64,000 nt of DNA from Vulcanimicrobiota bacterium (GTDB lineage Bacteria > Vulcanimicrobiota > Vulcanimicrobiia > Vulcanimicrobiales > Vulcanimicrobiaceae): the NCBI GenBank assembly GCA_963833095.1, contig CAWHWQ010000008.1, forward strand, positions 96,001-160,000. The letters run 5' to 3'. The notes below the pieces were generated by a model that worked only from the letters and a program-made list of their open reading frames with translations, had not been told where the DNA came from and searched no databases. The translations under genes and the position numbers were made by a program. Shown here piece by piece: positions 29,980-39,878 of the stretch. Position 1 is the first letter of the stretch. Each line of letters begins with the position of its first letter.

Positions 29980-31749
29980 TTATTGGCCGCTTGGCTGCTG
30001 GGGGGCTGCACTTCGAAGGTAAAGATCTCGCAAGAGCTCCTCGGGAACGGGCGACGGGGCATCCATCATGACGTCGCGAGCCACCTGGTTCTTCGGGAAG
30101 GCGGTGACCTCCCGGAGATTCTCCTCGCCGCAGGCGAGCATCACGATCCGATCGATTCCCAGCGCCATGCCGCCGTGCGGAGGCGCGCCGTATTCCAGCG
30201 CCCGCACGAAAAAGCCGAAGCGCTCCTCGATCTGTTCGGCGCTCATGCCGAGCATTTCAAAAATCTTGCGCTGCAGCTCGGGCTTGTGAATACGGATCGA
30301 TCCTGACCCCAGCTCCCATCCGTTGAGCACCATGTCGTAGTGCTGCGCGCGCATCTTACGCGGGTCGGTGTCGATGAACTGCCACTGATCCTCGCCCGGC
30401 GACGTAAACGGGTGGTGCGAGGGCACCGCCTTCCCGGTTGCCTCGTCGATTTCCAGATACGGAAAATCGAGCACCCAGCAAAACGCAAACGTGCTCGGAT
30501 CGCGCAAGCCGCAGCGCTCGCCGACGGCGTTGCGCATCTTGCCCGCCACCGCGAGCGCAACTGCCCGTTCGTCAGCGAAGAGGAGGATCGCATCGCCCGT
30601 CTCGCTTGCGCTCGCCGCGCGGAGCTTCGCGATGTGCTCGTCGGAAATAAACTTTTGAGCCGAGGATTTGGTGCCGTCCGCGCCCAGCGCGATCCACACC
30701 ATGCCTTTGCCGCCGAGCTGCTTTGCCTCCTCGGTGAGCGCGTCGAAATCACGCCGCGATAAACTCGCACCTCGAGGATAGCGCAGCGCCACGATCGCGC
30801 CGTCGCTCTCGATCACCGATTTGAAGACCCCGAAGTCCGTGCCGGAAAAGACGTCGTTTACGCGCGTAAGCTCGAGGCCAAAGCGTAAGTCGGGCTTATC
30901 GAGACCGAAGCGCGCGAGGGCATCCTCGTGCTTCAAGCGCGGAAACGGTCCGAGTTCGATGTCGAGACAGCGCTTCCACACGTCGCGAATGCACGACTCC
31001 ATCACCTCGATGACGTCCTCTTGGGTAACGAACGACATCTCGACGTCGACTTGCGTGAACTCCGGCATGCGGTCAGCGCGCAAATCTTCGTCGCGCATGC
31101 AGCGCGCGATTTGCATGTACTTCCCAAACCCGGCGATCATGGTTATCTGCTTGAGCAGCTGTGGCGACTGCGGCAGCGCATAGAAGGATCCCGGGTGCAA
31201 CCGCGACGGCACGAGGTAATCGCGCGCACCCTCGGGCGTGCTCTTGATCAGCATCGGCGTCTCGATCTCGATGAACTCGCGATCGTCAAAAAAATCGCGC
31301 ATCGCTTTGACGATCTTATGGCGCATGCGGATGTTGCGCTGCATGCGCGGGCGCCGCAGGTCCAAATAACGGTACTCCAAGCGCAGATTCTCATCGACGT
31401 CGGCGTCGATGTTGATCTGGAACGGGGGCACCTGCGACCGGTTGAGAATCTCGAGCGACTCGATGCCGAGTTCCACCTCTCCCGTGCCAAGCGACGTATT
31501 CTCGGTCCCTGCGGGGCGCTTGCGCACAGCTCCGCTGACGCGAAGCACGTCCTCGTTGCGAAGGTGCTCGGCATCCTTGAAACTTGGTTGCTGCGGGTCG
31601 AACACGATTTGCGTCACGCCGTCGCGGTCGCGAAGATCGACGAAAATCAAGCCGCCGTGATCGCGACGGCGATTTACCCACCCGTTCAGTTCGGCGGTCT
31701 CGCCAACGTTGCTCGCGCGCAGCGCGCCGCATGAAAATCGTTTAGCCAA
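29980..31749 (-). CDS. aspS: aspartate--tRNA ligase
   Basis: RRRDHGGLIFVDLRD, TPEGARDYLVPSR, YALPQSPQ, GAPPHGG. Confidence 0.97.
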   Translation of the reverse strand: MAKRFSCGALRASNVGETAELNGWVNRRRDHGGLIFVDLRDRDGVTQIVFDPQQPSFKDAEHLRNEDVLRVSGAVRKRPAGTENTSLGTGEVELGIESLEILNRSQVPPFQINIDADVDENLRLEYRYLDLRRPRMQRNIRMRHKIVKAMRDFFDDREFIEIETPMLIKSTPEGARDYLVPSRLHPGSFYALPQSPQLLKQITMIAGFGKYMQIARCMRDEDLRADRMPEFTQVDVEMSFVTQEDVIEVMESCIRDVWKRCLDIELGPFPRLKHEDALARFGLDKPDLRFGLELTRVNDVFSGTDFGVFKSVIESDGAIVALRYPRGASLSRRDFDALTEEAKQLGGKGMVWIALGADGTKSSAQKFISDEHIAKLRAASASETGDAILLFADERAVALAVAGKMRNAVGERCGLRDPSTFAFCWVLDFPYLEIDEATGKAVPSHHPFTSPGEDQWQFIDTDPRKMRAQHYDMVLNGWELGSGSIRIHKPELQRKIFEMLGMSAEQIEERFGFFVRALEYGAPPHGGMALGIDRIVMLACGEENLREVTAFPKNQVARDVMMDAPSPVPEELLRDLYLRSAAPQQPSGQ

Positions 31750-32644
31750 CGTGGTGGTCCTTCAGCGCGTCCTTGACGCCGGATACATAGTGATATTGTT
31801 GCACGAGATTCCGCGCAAACTTTGAACGCGCCGAGCGCGCATCGAAATAAGACAGCAGACCGGGCACGCGTTCGAGCACGCTATGGAGCCCGAGCGAGAC
31901 GGGCGTCATCCCCAAATTGAGTTGCACCGCAAAATCGGGATGCTTGCGATAAAATCGCACCGTCGAACGCCCCGCAAGCCGCATCTTTTCTTTCTGATCG
32001 TCGTGCGGGATGTCCTGACAGTGATAGTTGATTGCGTTGGGTTCGTAGAGTATCGTTACGCCGGCGCGTTCGAGCCGATACCCCAGTTCGAGGTCCTCGT
32101 GTCCGTAGCCGGTAAAGCTCTCATCGAAGCGCCCAACGCGAATCAGATCCTCGCGACGCACCGAGGCGTTGCCGGTGAGGAAATAGAGCCATGGCAACGT
32201 TTTGCGCGTCGGTTTGTGGAGCGCGCCGCGCTCGCTTGGGTGGTCGCGCTTGAAGAGGTAGTCGGCGTAATCCTTGACTTGAACTTCCAGGCCCACAACG
32301 GCAACGTTGCGCTGCACGCGGTGGTGGCGCAGATGCTGCGAAAGCAGATCGGGCGATGCGAAGATATCCGAGTCGTTGAACAACACCACGTCGCCCTGCG
32401 CGGCGTCGATGCCCGCGTTGCGCGCAGCCGCGCGTCCCGAATAGGCCCCGGGAAGGTGGCGGACGTTGGGATGCTCTTCATGCATCGTGGCCAGAAACTC
32501 GGCGGTACCGTCGGTCGAATTCGAATCGCACACGAGCACTTCGAACTCGCTCGGCGCAAGATCTTGCGCGAGCAGCGTTGGGAGTACGGGCGCGAGCGTC
32601 TCCAACCGGTTGTAGGTCGGAACGACGACGGAAATCTCAGGCAT
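31742..32644 (-). CDS. glycosyltransferase family 2
   Basis: SVVVPTYNR, FNDSD, YGHEDLELGYR. Confidence 0.9.
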   Translation of the reverse strand: MPEISVVVPTYNRLETLAPVLPTLLAQDLAPSEFEVLVCDSNSTDGTAEFLATMHEEHPNVRHLPGAYSGRAAARNAGIDAAQGDVVLFNDSDIFASPDLLSQHLRHHRVQRNVAVVGLEVQVKDYADYLFKRDHPSERGALHKPTRKTLPWLYFLTGNASVRREDLIRVGRFDESFTGYGHEDLELGYRLERAGVTILYEPNAINYHCQDIPHDDQKEKMRLAGRSTVRFYRKHPDFAVQLNLGMTPVSLGLHSVLERVPGLLSYFDARSARSKFARNLVQQYHYVSGVKDALKDHHVG

Positions 32645-33614
32645 CGATCAATTCTCGAACACCGCGGACGATCTGCGCGCGAAAAGTCGCGAGCGCCGCG
32701 TCGTCTTCGGATCCCGGCTTGCGCACCAGCACGCTCGGTACGCCGTAGGGCGCCCATTCTTGCGAGTTGAGCCGGAAGTACCGATGTTCGAAAGCGACCA
32801 GCGTGGGCCTGCGCACTGCGCTTGCGACGTGGGTCGCACCGGTATCGACCGTGACCACGCAGCGCGCCCGCTCGAAAAGCGCGACCCAGTGGTGAAACGG
32901 CAATGACCGCGAAACCAAGTGCCCCTGCTCCTCGAACGCATGTGCGTAGCCGTCGCACTCGGCGGCGCAACTGACTGCAAGCGGCGCGCCGAGGTCCCGG
33001 AGCTCGTCGGCCAGGCGCAGCGTGCTCGCGAGCGTGCTGCCGCTCGAGAACCATCGCTGGCCCAAATGCAACACCACCGGATTCGGGGGAAAACTCGCGA
33101 CAGCCGCGCGATCCTCGGCGGTGACATCCAGGCGGAGATCCGTAACCCGCTTATCGGCTCCGGCCAGTGCGACCAAGTTGAGGAGCTGATCGACCTCGTG
33201 CGGTACGACGCGGCTCGGGTCGCGCTCGCACAGCTCGGGATCGGCCGGGCTGATCATTACGCGATCGAGCGAGAAGCGCGCAGTTAGCCGCGCGAGCCAG
33301 CGCCGCGTGTACGTATATCCCACGCGAACCGCTGCGTGGGTTGCACCGACCAGGCCGATATCGGTCGAGCGCGGCGCGAGCGCGATGGCCATGTCGTATC
33401 CACGAAAGCGCGCGCCGAAAGCGTCGCCGCGAATCTCGCGCGGCAAATCGATCAGCTCGTCGAAATCCGTACTGCGCTCGACGGCGACGCGATTGTACGG
33501 GCTGGTGATCATCGTTATGTGCGCGTTCGGAAAAGACGCGCGCACACTTGCGATCGCCGGGGTCGAGAGGATCAAGTCGCCGATCCTATCCGTCCGCGAC
33601 AGGAGAATTTTCAT
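32637..33614 (-). CDS. glycosyltransferase family 9 (heptosyltransferase-like)
   Basis: RTDRIGDLIL, VDTGATHVASA. Confidence 0.88.
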   Translation of the reverse strand: MKILLSRTDRIGDLILSTPAIASVRASFPNAHITMITSPYNRVAVERSTDFDELIDLPREIRGDAFGARFRGYDMAIALAPRSTDIGLVGATHAAVRVGYTYTRRWLARLTARFSLDRVMISPADPELCERDPSRVVPHEVDQLLNLVALAGADKRVTDLRLDVTAEDRAAVASFPPNPVVLHLGQRWFSSGSTLASTLRLADELRDLGAPLAVSCAAECDGYAHAFEEQGHLVSRSLPFHHWVALFERARCVVTVDTGATHVASAVRRPTLVAFEHRYFRLNSQEWAPYGVPSVLVRKPGSEDDAALATFRAQIVRGVRELIDA

Positions 33615-34507
33615 CCCCGCAGCGTCTTCTCCAACTCGTCGAAGTATGCGCTGGTCGCAAGCGCGCGAGCCGCACCGAGTTCGCGATTAGATAGCGCGCG
33701 ATCGTTTGAAAGGTCACCGACGCGGGCACGCAGCGCGCGCTTTGTGCCTTCGCCGCCGCGCAAGCGGTGCCAGGTACGCTGCACCGGATTGTTGCCCGTC
33801 GCCAAGTACGTTCGCCAATGCGGATGAATTGCGGCTAGCTGCACCGCCGTGCGCGCCTGGGCACGCGCTTGAGCGATCATCTTTTCGACGTTGACGCTTC
33901 GCGGGCGCGGCTTGTAATGATAAACGAGCGCCTTCGGATTGAAGACGGCGCGCACTCCACCCGCGCGCAGGCGCAAGCCGACGTCGATATCTTCCCATCC
34001 GTATTCCGAAAAGGACTCGTTAAAGCCGCCGATCGCGCGGATCGTCGCAAGCGGCGCCGAGACGTTGGTCGTCCAAAAGAAGTTCCCGCTGTAGTCCTTG
34101 ATGCTCCAAATCGGCACCGGAAGTTCATCAAAGTTCTCAACATTGATCGCGCCGCCGCGCACAATTGCCTCGGGAGCGCGATCGTGCGAGCGCAGATGCT
34201 CCTCCACAAAATTCGGAAGCGGCAACACGTCGTCGTCAATAAAGATGATTCGTTCACCGATCGCTCGCGCGATGCCCGCGTTACGTCCTTTCGCAAGGCC
34301 ACTATTGACCTGGTTGATGACTTCGAAACGGCATGTCGCTCGTTGCGCCGCGCGCCCTATCACGTCGGGTGTCGCGTCGGTCGATCCATCGTTCACCAGC
34401 ACGACTTCGTAGGTGTTTGGATCAACGGTTTGTTCAAAGCAAGCGTCGAGCACCCGCTCGAGCAGCTTCGCGCGGTTATAGGTGCACAGTTGTATCGTAG
34501 CGCGCAC
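33611..34507 (-). CDS. glycosyltransferase family 2
   Basis: CTYNR, VNDGS, FIDDD, YGWEDID. Confidence 0.9.
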   Translation of the reverse strand: MRATIQLCTYNRAKLLERVLDACFEQTVDPNTYEVVLVNDGSTDATPDVIGRAAQRATCRFEVINQVNSGLAKGRNAGIARAIGERIIFIDDDVLPLPNFVEEHLRSHDRAPEAIVRGGAINVENFDELPVPIWSIKDYSGNFFWTTNVSAPLATIRAIGGFNESFSEYGWEDIDVGLRLRAGGVRAVFNPKALVYHYKPRPRSVNVEKMIAQARAQARTAVQLAAIHPHWRTYLATGNNPVQRTWHRLRGGEGTKRALRARVGDLSNDRALSNRELGAARALATSAYFDELEKTLRG

Positions 34508-35518
34508 GCATGCCTCCGATCAGCGATTGCGTCGCAGCCAGGATGCGCTCGACATCCAGATTTGCGATGCAGGCGTAGTCGCTGCAATTCTCTTTCGTAT
34601 CGCCCGCGTGGCACGCAAACGTCGCGCGAACGACGGCGGTGTGCGCGCCGAGCGGTGCCCAGCGGTCGGGGAAATCACTCTGGAACGGAAAGATGCCCAC
34701 CGTCGGCGCACCGACTGCCGCCGCGACGTGCATCGTTCCAGTGGTGATACCGACGAATGCACGCGCCCGCTGCGCGAGCGCGCCGAACGCTCCGATTCCA
34801 ACTTTCCCCGCGATATTCACGACCCTCTCATCGCCCGCTTGGCGGAGGATAGCCGCATTTATTGCCTCATCACCCTGCGCTCCGCTGAGCAGAACGTCGC
34901 ATCGAAGGTCTGCGCTAACGCGTTTGCAAGCGCCGCCCAGCCTTGCGTCGGCCAAATCCCGCGCTCCGACGCAATCGCGTTCGTCGGATGGAGAATGATA
35001 TACTGTCCATCGACTACGTTCGCTTCGCTCATTACGCTCGGAATGACAAGTTCATCTTCCAGGGTTGGTATGAAGCGTGGAATGCGATCGCTTGTGTCGC
35101 AATCGAGCGCGCGCGCATAGTCGAGCAAGATGTCGACCCACGGCGAGGTGACGTCGCCGCGTTCGCTGCGGACGACGACGCGATTCGTGAAGTCGTGCGA
35201 GTAGAGCCGTCGCGCCTGACCGACGCGTATCGGGATCCTCGCGAGCTTCGGTACACGCGCGGTACGGGCCGTCGCCCACGTCACGATACACGCATCGTAG
35301 CCCCGTTCTTGCAACCGCGCCGCAAGCGCACGCTCGTCGCCGCCGTCGTCCACGAGGACGCCGTCGAGATCCGGGACACGTTCGAGCGTGCTGCGATGCC
35401 CCGGTAGCGTGAGCGCGTCGACCTGCTCAAAACGCGCGCGCAGCGCGCGCCCGACGACCGACGCGACCAGCGAATCACCGATCCCGCCGCCGGCGCAATA
35501 GAGAAGGGCTCGCGTCAT
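34476..35518 (-). CDS. glycosyltransferase family 9 (frameshifted; contains in-frame REP insert)
   Basis: GGIGDSL, ILHP, TTGTMHVAAAVGAPTVGIF, RWAP. Confidence 0.85.
35006..35049 (-). repeat. REP-like repeat inside the GT9 coding sequence
   Basis: TTGTCATTCCGAGCGTAATGAGCGAAGCGAACGTAGTCGATGGA; shares both ends with the 25801-25823 copy. Confidence 0.65.
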
Positions 35519-36399
35519 GACGCAGGTGACTCGTCGAGCACGCGCACGAGCTCGCGCGCGTACATGCCGTCGAGGAACTGTCCGCGTGCCAGCGAGCGCA
35601 TCCACTCCGGCGCCTTTTCGCTGGTTGCGATTCCCGCATAGACAGCCAGTAACGAGTCAGGAAGCAAATAGCGCGCGCGCAGCAGGTTTACCGGATGCGC
35701 GCCAGTGGCCATCCGCGCTCGGGGTGAGGCCTGCTTTTCAAGAAAGTGTCGCGCCATGCGCGCCCGCTCGATGGCCTTGCGCGTCTCGACTTCGAGCGTG
35801 TTGTCCGCCGGTGATTTGATATGCCAGAGGTACGCGTCCCACGCAAAACGCCAATGGACGCCGGCTTCGCGCAACCGCACGCCCAGTTCGGTATCTTCCC
35901 AGCCGTACAGATGAAAGGCCTCATCAAATCCGCCGACCGCATCGATCGCGTGCTTTGGCAGAGAGACGTTACACGTGCACAAGAACGCGCGCGAGTAGTT
36001 GGCAAGGGCTGGCTTTGGCCGGTCGTCGTATGAGGGGACGTTGAGGATGGGGCCGTTTACGATGAGGTTTCCGGTACCGTGCGCGGCTTCGTGCGCAGCG
36101 AGAAAGGCCGGGGGCAACTGCACGTCATCATCGATAAAGAGCACCAAGTAGCCTTGGGCCACCGCGATGCCGCGGTTGCGCGCTTTGCCGCGATTGGGCT
36201 GCGGCTCGAAGACATATTGTACCGGGTAACGCCCACGCTCCGTTTGCCATTTGACGACGTCTTTGGTGTCGTCGCTCGACCCGTTATCAACCACGATGAG
36301 CTCGAATGAGGGCGCACCGATCTGCTCCTCGAGCGACGTGAGCGCGCGCGCGAGGTAGTCGGAGCGATCTTTGGTAGCGATAATGACGGAGATGCGCAT
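35515..36399 (-). CDS. glycosyltransferase family 2
   Basis: SVIIATKDR, VDNGS, FIDDD, YGWEDTE. Confidence 0.9.
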   Translation of the reverse strand: MRISVIIATKDRSDYLARALTSLEEQIGAPSFELIVVDNGSSDDTKDVVKWQTERGRYPVQYVFEPQPNRGKARNRGIAVAQGYLVLFIDDDVQLPPAFLAAHEAAHGTGNLIVNGPILNVPSYDDRPKPALANYSRAFLCTCNVSLPKHAIDAVGGFDEAFHLYGWEDTELGVRLREAGVHWRFAWDAYLWHIKSPADNTLEVETRKAIERARMARHFLEKQASPRARMATGAHPVNLLRARYLLPDSLLAVYAGIATSEKAPEWMRSLARGQFLDGMYARELVRVLDESPAS

Positions 36400-36419
36400 T
36401 CAATAAAGCTAAGGGTCGG

Positions 36420-37637
36420 TTATGAACCTGCGAGCTGGATGAGCGATTCGGCCATGCGGTCCGCTGCCCCCACGTGATCCGCATAGAGCGCCGCCAGCAG
36501 CTCGCGGCTGCGCGATAGCCAGGCGCCGTCGTCAAGTCGTTCCAAGGCGACGCGCCCCACGCGGCCTGGGGTAACGGTTCCGTGCAACTCGCAGACCAGT
36601 GACTCGTCGGCGTCCATGTTGGGTTGCGTGTGGAACGTGAACCGACGCGAAACGGCCACCGCGGCCGCCCGCTTGAGCGGCGTTCCGATCAGCGGAATGC
36701 GGTCGAGATAGGTCAGCGGCCCGTTGAACGTAATGATCTCGGGGGCGTTGAGCGGCGTGATCGTAATCATCGGTACGCCCAGGACCGCAAGCTCGATCGT
36801 CTTCGTCCCCGGAATGGTGACCACCAACCGCGCGTGCATCGCGGCAGCAAGCGCGTTGTGCAGAATCGGAAAGCGCCGCTCGCCCTCGCCCAGCGCGAGA
36901 AACGCGCGCCCCCCCTCCTCGATCAACCGGCCGCGCTGCGCCCAGATACGGGGATGCCCGCCGCGTTCGATCGCCGCGCGCACGTCGGCAAGCGGCGTGA
37001 AGGGCGAAAGGCCAAAGGCAATGGGCAACTCGGGCCGCTCGCGCGCGATACGCAGCGCCATCGTAAAGAAGAACGGAATGAGATTGTCAACCTCATAGCC
37101 TCGTGAGCCGGGCATCACTAAGATCCCGCCTTGCGGCGCGCCCTCCTCGAGCGGCTGCTGCGCTTCGAGCAGCGCGCCGTCGATGGCGAGGTTGCCGACA
37201 CGCTCGATGCGATCCGCCGGCGTCTGCCACGCGCGCAGTTGCTCGACGTTCTTCTCGTCAACGGCAAAGAAACGCGCGAAGCGCTCACGATACGCGCGCT
37301 TGGAAAATTTGTAGGTCGACGCGGTTCCGCCCAGCCGCGAGCGCAAACGCTGGGCGTGCATCAGATCGCCACCGAGGTATTGCACCACATCGACGCGGTC
37401 CGGCAGGCCCGGAACGCTGCGGCCGAGCGCCACCCGCAGATACGTCTTGGGATCATACACATGCGCGCTTGGAAACAGCCGTCGCGCAAGCTGCGCCTCA
37501 TAACCGGTCGCATAGTCGTCGGGCACACAAAAGAGATGCACTTCGAGATCGGGGTCACGTTCGTAGAGCCGGCGCACGAGCGGGCGAAACCAGCCCGCGA
37601 CCTCTCCCGGACCGTTCGCCGTGAATGCGATTCTCAT
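36420..37637 (-). CDS. lipid-A-disaccharide synthase-related protein (LpxB-like)
   Basis: MRIAFTANGPGE, LGGD, VGN, MPGSR, PGTKTIELAVLGVP. Confidence 0.7.
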   Translation of the reverse strand: MRIAFTANGPGEVAGWFRPLVRRLYERDPDLEVHLFCVPDDYATGYEAQLARRLFPSAHVYDPKTYLRVALGRSVPGLPDRVDVVQYLGGDLMHAQRLRSRLGGTASTYKFSKRAYRERFARFFAVDEKNVEQLRAWQTPADRIERVGNLAIDGALLEAQQPLEEGAPQGGILVMPGSRGYEVDNLIPFFFTMALRIARERPELPIAFGLSPFTPLADVRAAIERGGHPRIWAQRGRLIEEGGRAFLALGEGERRFPILHNALAAAMHARLVVTIPGTKTIELAVLGVPMITITPLNAPEIITFNGPLTYLDRIPLIGTPLKRAAAVAVSRRFTFHTQPNMDADESLVCELHGTVTPGRVGRVALERLDDGAWLSRSRELLAALYADHVGAADRMAESLIQLAGS

Positions 37638-37641
37638 GGCG

Positions 37642-38139
37642 TTACGATCGGTATCGCGCGACGATCTCGCCGATAAGGTCGGTTGTGCTGCGTCCGGCGA
37701 GATGCGGCGCGAGGCGGACCTCGCCGCCGTGCGCGAGCACGACCGCGCGTTCGGGAAGATCCTCTTCGCGATACTGCGCGCTTTTGACGTGCACGTCGGG
37801 GCGAATCCGTTCCAGGAGCGCTTCCGGCGTCGCCTCGCCGAATTCGACGACCGCGTCGACGCTGCGCAGCGCGCAAAGCAGTTTTGCCCGATCCGCAAAC
37901 GGAACGATCGGCCGCCGTTCGCCCTTGAGCAAGCGCACCGACGCATCGCCGTTGAGCCCGACGATCAGGATGTCACCTTGCGAGCGCGCCCAGGCCAAAT
38001 ACTCCACGTGTCCAGCGTGCAGTACATCGAAGACGCCGTTCGTGAAGACGACGCGCCGGCCACGCGTCCGCTGTTCCTCGCGCCACGCGCTCGCCGCATC
38101 CGCGTCAAGCAACGCGCCGAACAACTCAGGCGCTGCCAT
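37642..38139 (-). CDS. ADP-heptose synthase, adenylyltransferase domain (RfaE2/HldC)
   Basis: FTNGVFDVLHAGH, VGLNGDASVRLLKG, STT. Confidence 0.92.
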   Translation of the reverse strand: MAAPELFGALLDADAASAWREEQRTRGRRVVFTNGVFDVLHAGHVEYLAWARSQGDILIVGLNGDASVRLLKGERRPIVPFADRAKLLCALRSVDAVVEFGEATPEALLERIRPDVHVKSAQYREEDLPERAVVLAHGGEVRLAPHLAGRSTTDLIGEIVARYRS

Positions 38140-39109
38140 GCTCGATCAGCGCCAAGATCTCGTCGCCGCTCGCGGTTGCGGTTCCGAGTTTCTCCACCAC
38201 CGCACCGGCCGCGAAGTTTGCCAATTGCATGGCGCGTTCGATCGGCGCGCCGGCCGCGAGCGCAAGCGAGAGCACCGCGATCACCGTGTCGCCCGCGCCC
38301 GAAACGTCAAAGACCGTACGCGCAACCGACGGGATTGCGAAGCGCTCGCCCTGCGAACCGAAAAGCGCCATACCGTGCTCACCGCGCGTTATTACGACGT
38401 AGCGGCAGCGCAGTCGCTCGAGCAATTTCGCACCTGCGCGCTCGAGCGAGGCGTCGTCGATAATCCGCACCCCGCTGCCGGTTTCGGCTTCATGAACGTT
38501 CGGCGCGACGCACGTGACACCGGTAAAGAGATCGAGGTTTTGGGGTTTGGGATCAGCCAGGACCAATGGACACGCGCGCGCCGCTTCGACAACCTCCGCG
38601 CCCAGCAACCCTTTTGCGTAATCGCTGAGGATCACCGCATCGCACGATCCCGCTCGCTCGCGTACGTATGCAACGATGCGCGCCCGATCGATCGCCTGCA
38701 GAGGCGCGGCATCTTCCCAATCAGCACGCACGACTTGCTGGTTGTGCGCGACGATGCGCGTCTTACGCGTCGTCGGGCGATCGCGCACGGTAAACACGCC
38801 TCGATCATCGACCGATTCTTCGCGCAGCATGCGTCGCACGTCGGACGCAAACGCATCCTCGCCGACGGTTCCGACGAACTCAACGCGCGCACCGAGCGCG
38901 ACCAGATTGTTGGCAACGTTGCCCGCGCCGCCAAGCGTAAACGAGTGATCCGAAACCGCAACGACCGGTACAGGCGCCTCGGGCGAGATGCGCGAGACGG
39001 TTCCCCAGATCCACTCATCGATCATCAGGTCGCCGACGACGAGGATCGAGCGGCCGCGCATCCCCTCGACCAGGGCGCGCGCATCGCTGGTGAGAAGCGT
39101 TGCGCTCAC
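38126..39109 (-). CDS. heptose-7-phosphate kinase (RfaE1/HldA)
   Basis: VGDLMIDE, RISPEAPVPV, GGAGNVA, SDYAKG, DVSGAGDTV. Confidence 0.93.
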   Translation of the reverse strand: MSATLLTSDARALVEGMRGRSILVVGDLMIDEWIWGTVSRISPEAPVPVVAVSDHSFTLGGAGNVANNLVALGARVEFVGTVGEDAFASDVRRMLREESVDDRGVFTVRDRPTTRKTRIVAHNQQVVRADWEDAAPLQAIDRARIVAYVRERAGSCDAVILSDYAKGLLGAEVVEAARACPLVLADPKPQNLDLFTGVTCVAPNVHEAETGSGVRIIDDASLERAGAKLLERLRCRYVVITRGEHGMALFGSQGERFAIPSVARTVFDVSGAGDTVIAVLSLALAAGAPIERAMQLANFAAGAVVEKLGTATASGDEILALIEHGSA

Positions 39110-39111
39110 AG

Positions 39112-39285
39112 GTGCCTCGCTCCGTGAGCAGCGGTACTTTCGTTGCAGTCATCGGCCAGCGCGGGCAAGACGCGATGAGCGACAAAAGCAGCGCTTTGCG
39201 AGCGAAGAGCAACGATGTCCGCGCTGAGCCGATGACGCAACGCGAAGGGCTGGGCGAAAGCACCGGTGTTCACGGAGCGAGGCAC
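39112..39285. repeat. 174-bp imperfect palindrome (MITE/REPIN-like or structured RNA)
   Basis: 31-bp terminal inverted arms (28/31 matching, outer 16 perfect) plus inner inverted arms 39141-39167 / 39216-39242. Confidence 0.8.
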
Positions 39286-39878
39286 TAGATGTGATCCTCG
39301 AAGATCAATCGTTGTTCGACGAGATCGCAGATGATGTGCGCCATCACCTGATGCACTTCTTGCACGATCGCGGCATAGCCATCGGGCCCGATGAGCGCCA
39401 GGTCGCTGAAATCCATCACCGCACCGCCGCCGTTCCCGGTAAAGGCGATCGTAAGCGCGCCCTTCTTCTGCGCCATTTCGAGCGCAAGCACAATGTTGCG
39501 CGAAGTGCCGCTGGTAGTCATCCCGATCACCACGTCGCCCGCCTGCACGAAGGCTTGCACTTGGCGTGCAAAGACGTCGTCGTAGCCGTAGTCATTGCCG
39601 ACGCAGGTGAGCGTCGACGTGTTGACCGAGAGCGCTTCGCTGTTGAGTCCCGGGCGTTCGCGCAGGTAGCGGCCTGAGAGTTCGGCGGCCATATGCTGAG
39701 CTTCAGCCGCGCTTCCGCCGTTACCGCACCAGTAGATCCGCTTACTGTCGCGCAGCGCCGCCACGATCGCATCGACGATTGCTTCGACCTCGCGCTGATA
39801 GTGCTTCATATCGCGCAGAACCGCGCGATCTTCCAACAACGCGTCGAAGCCGCGTTGGGCTTTATAATCGATTTTCAT
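39285..39878 (-). CDS. gmhA: phosphoheptose isomerase
   Basis: CGNGGSAAEAQHMAAEL, GNDYGY, TTSGTS, QEVH. Confidence 0.93.
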   Translation of the reverse strand: MKIDYKAQRGFDALLEDRAVLRDMKHYQREVEAIVDAIVAALRDSKRIYWCGNGGSAAEAQHMAAELSGRYLRERPGLNSEALSVNTSTLTCVGNDYGYDDVFARQVQAFVQAGDVVIGMTTSGTSRNIVLALEMAQKKGALTIAFTGNGGGAVMDFSDLALIGPDGYAAIVQEVHQVMAHIICDLVEQRLIFEDHI

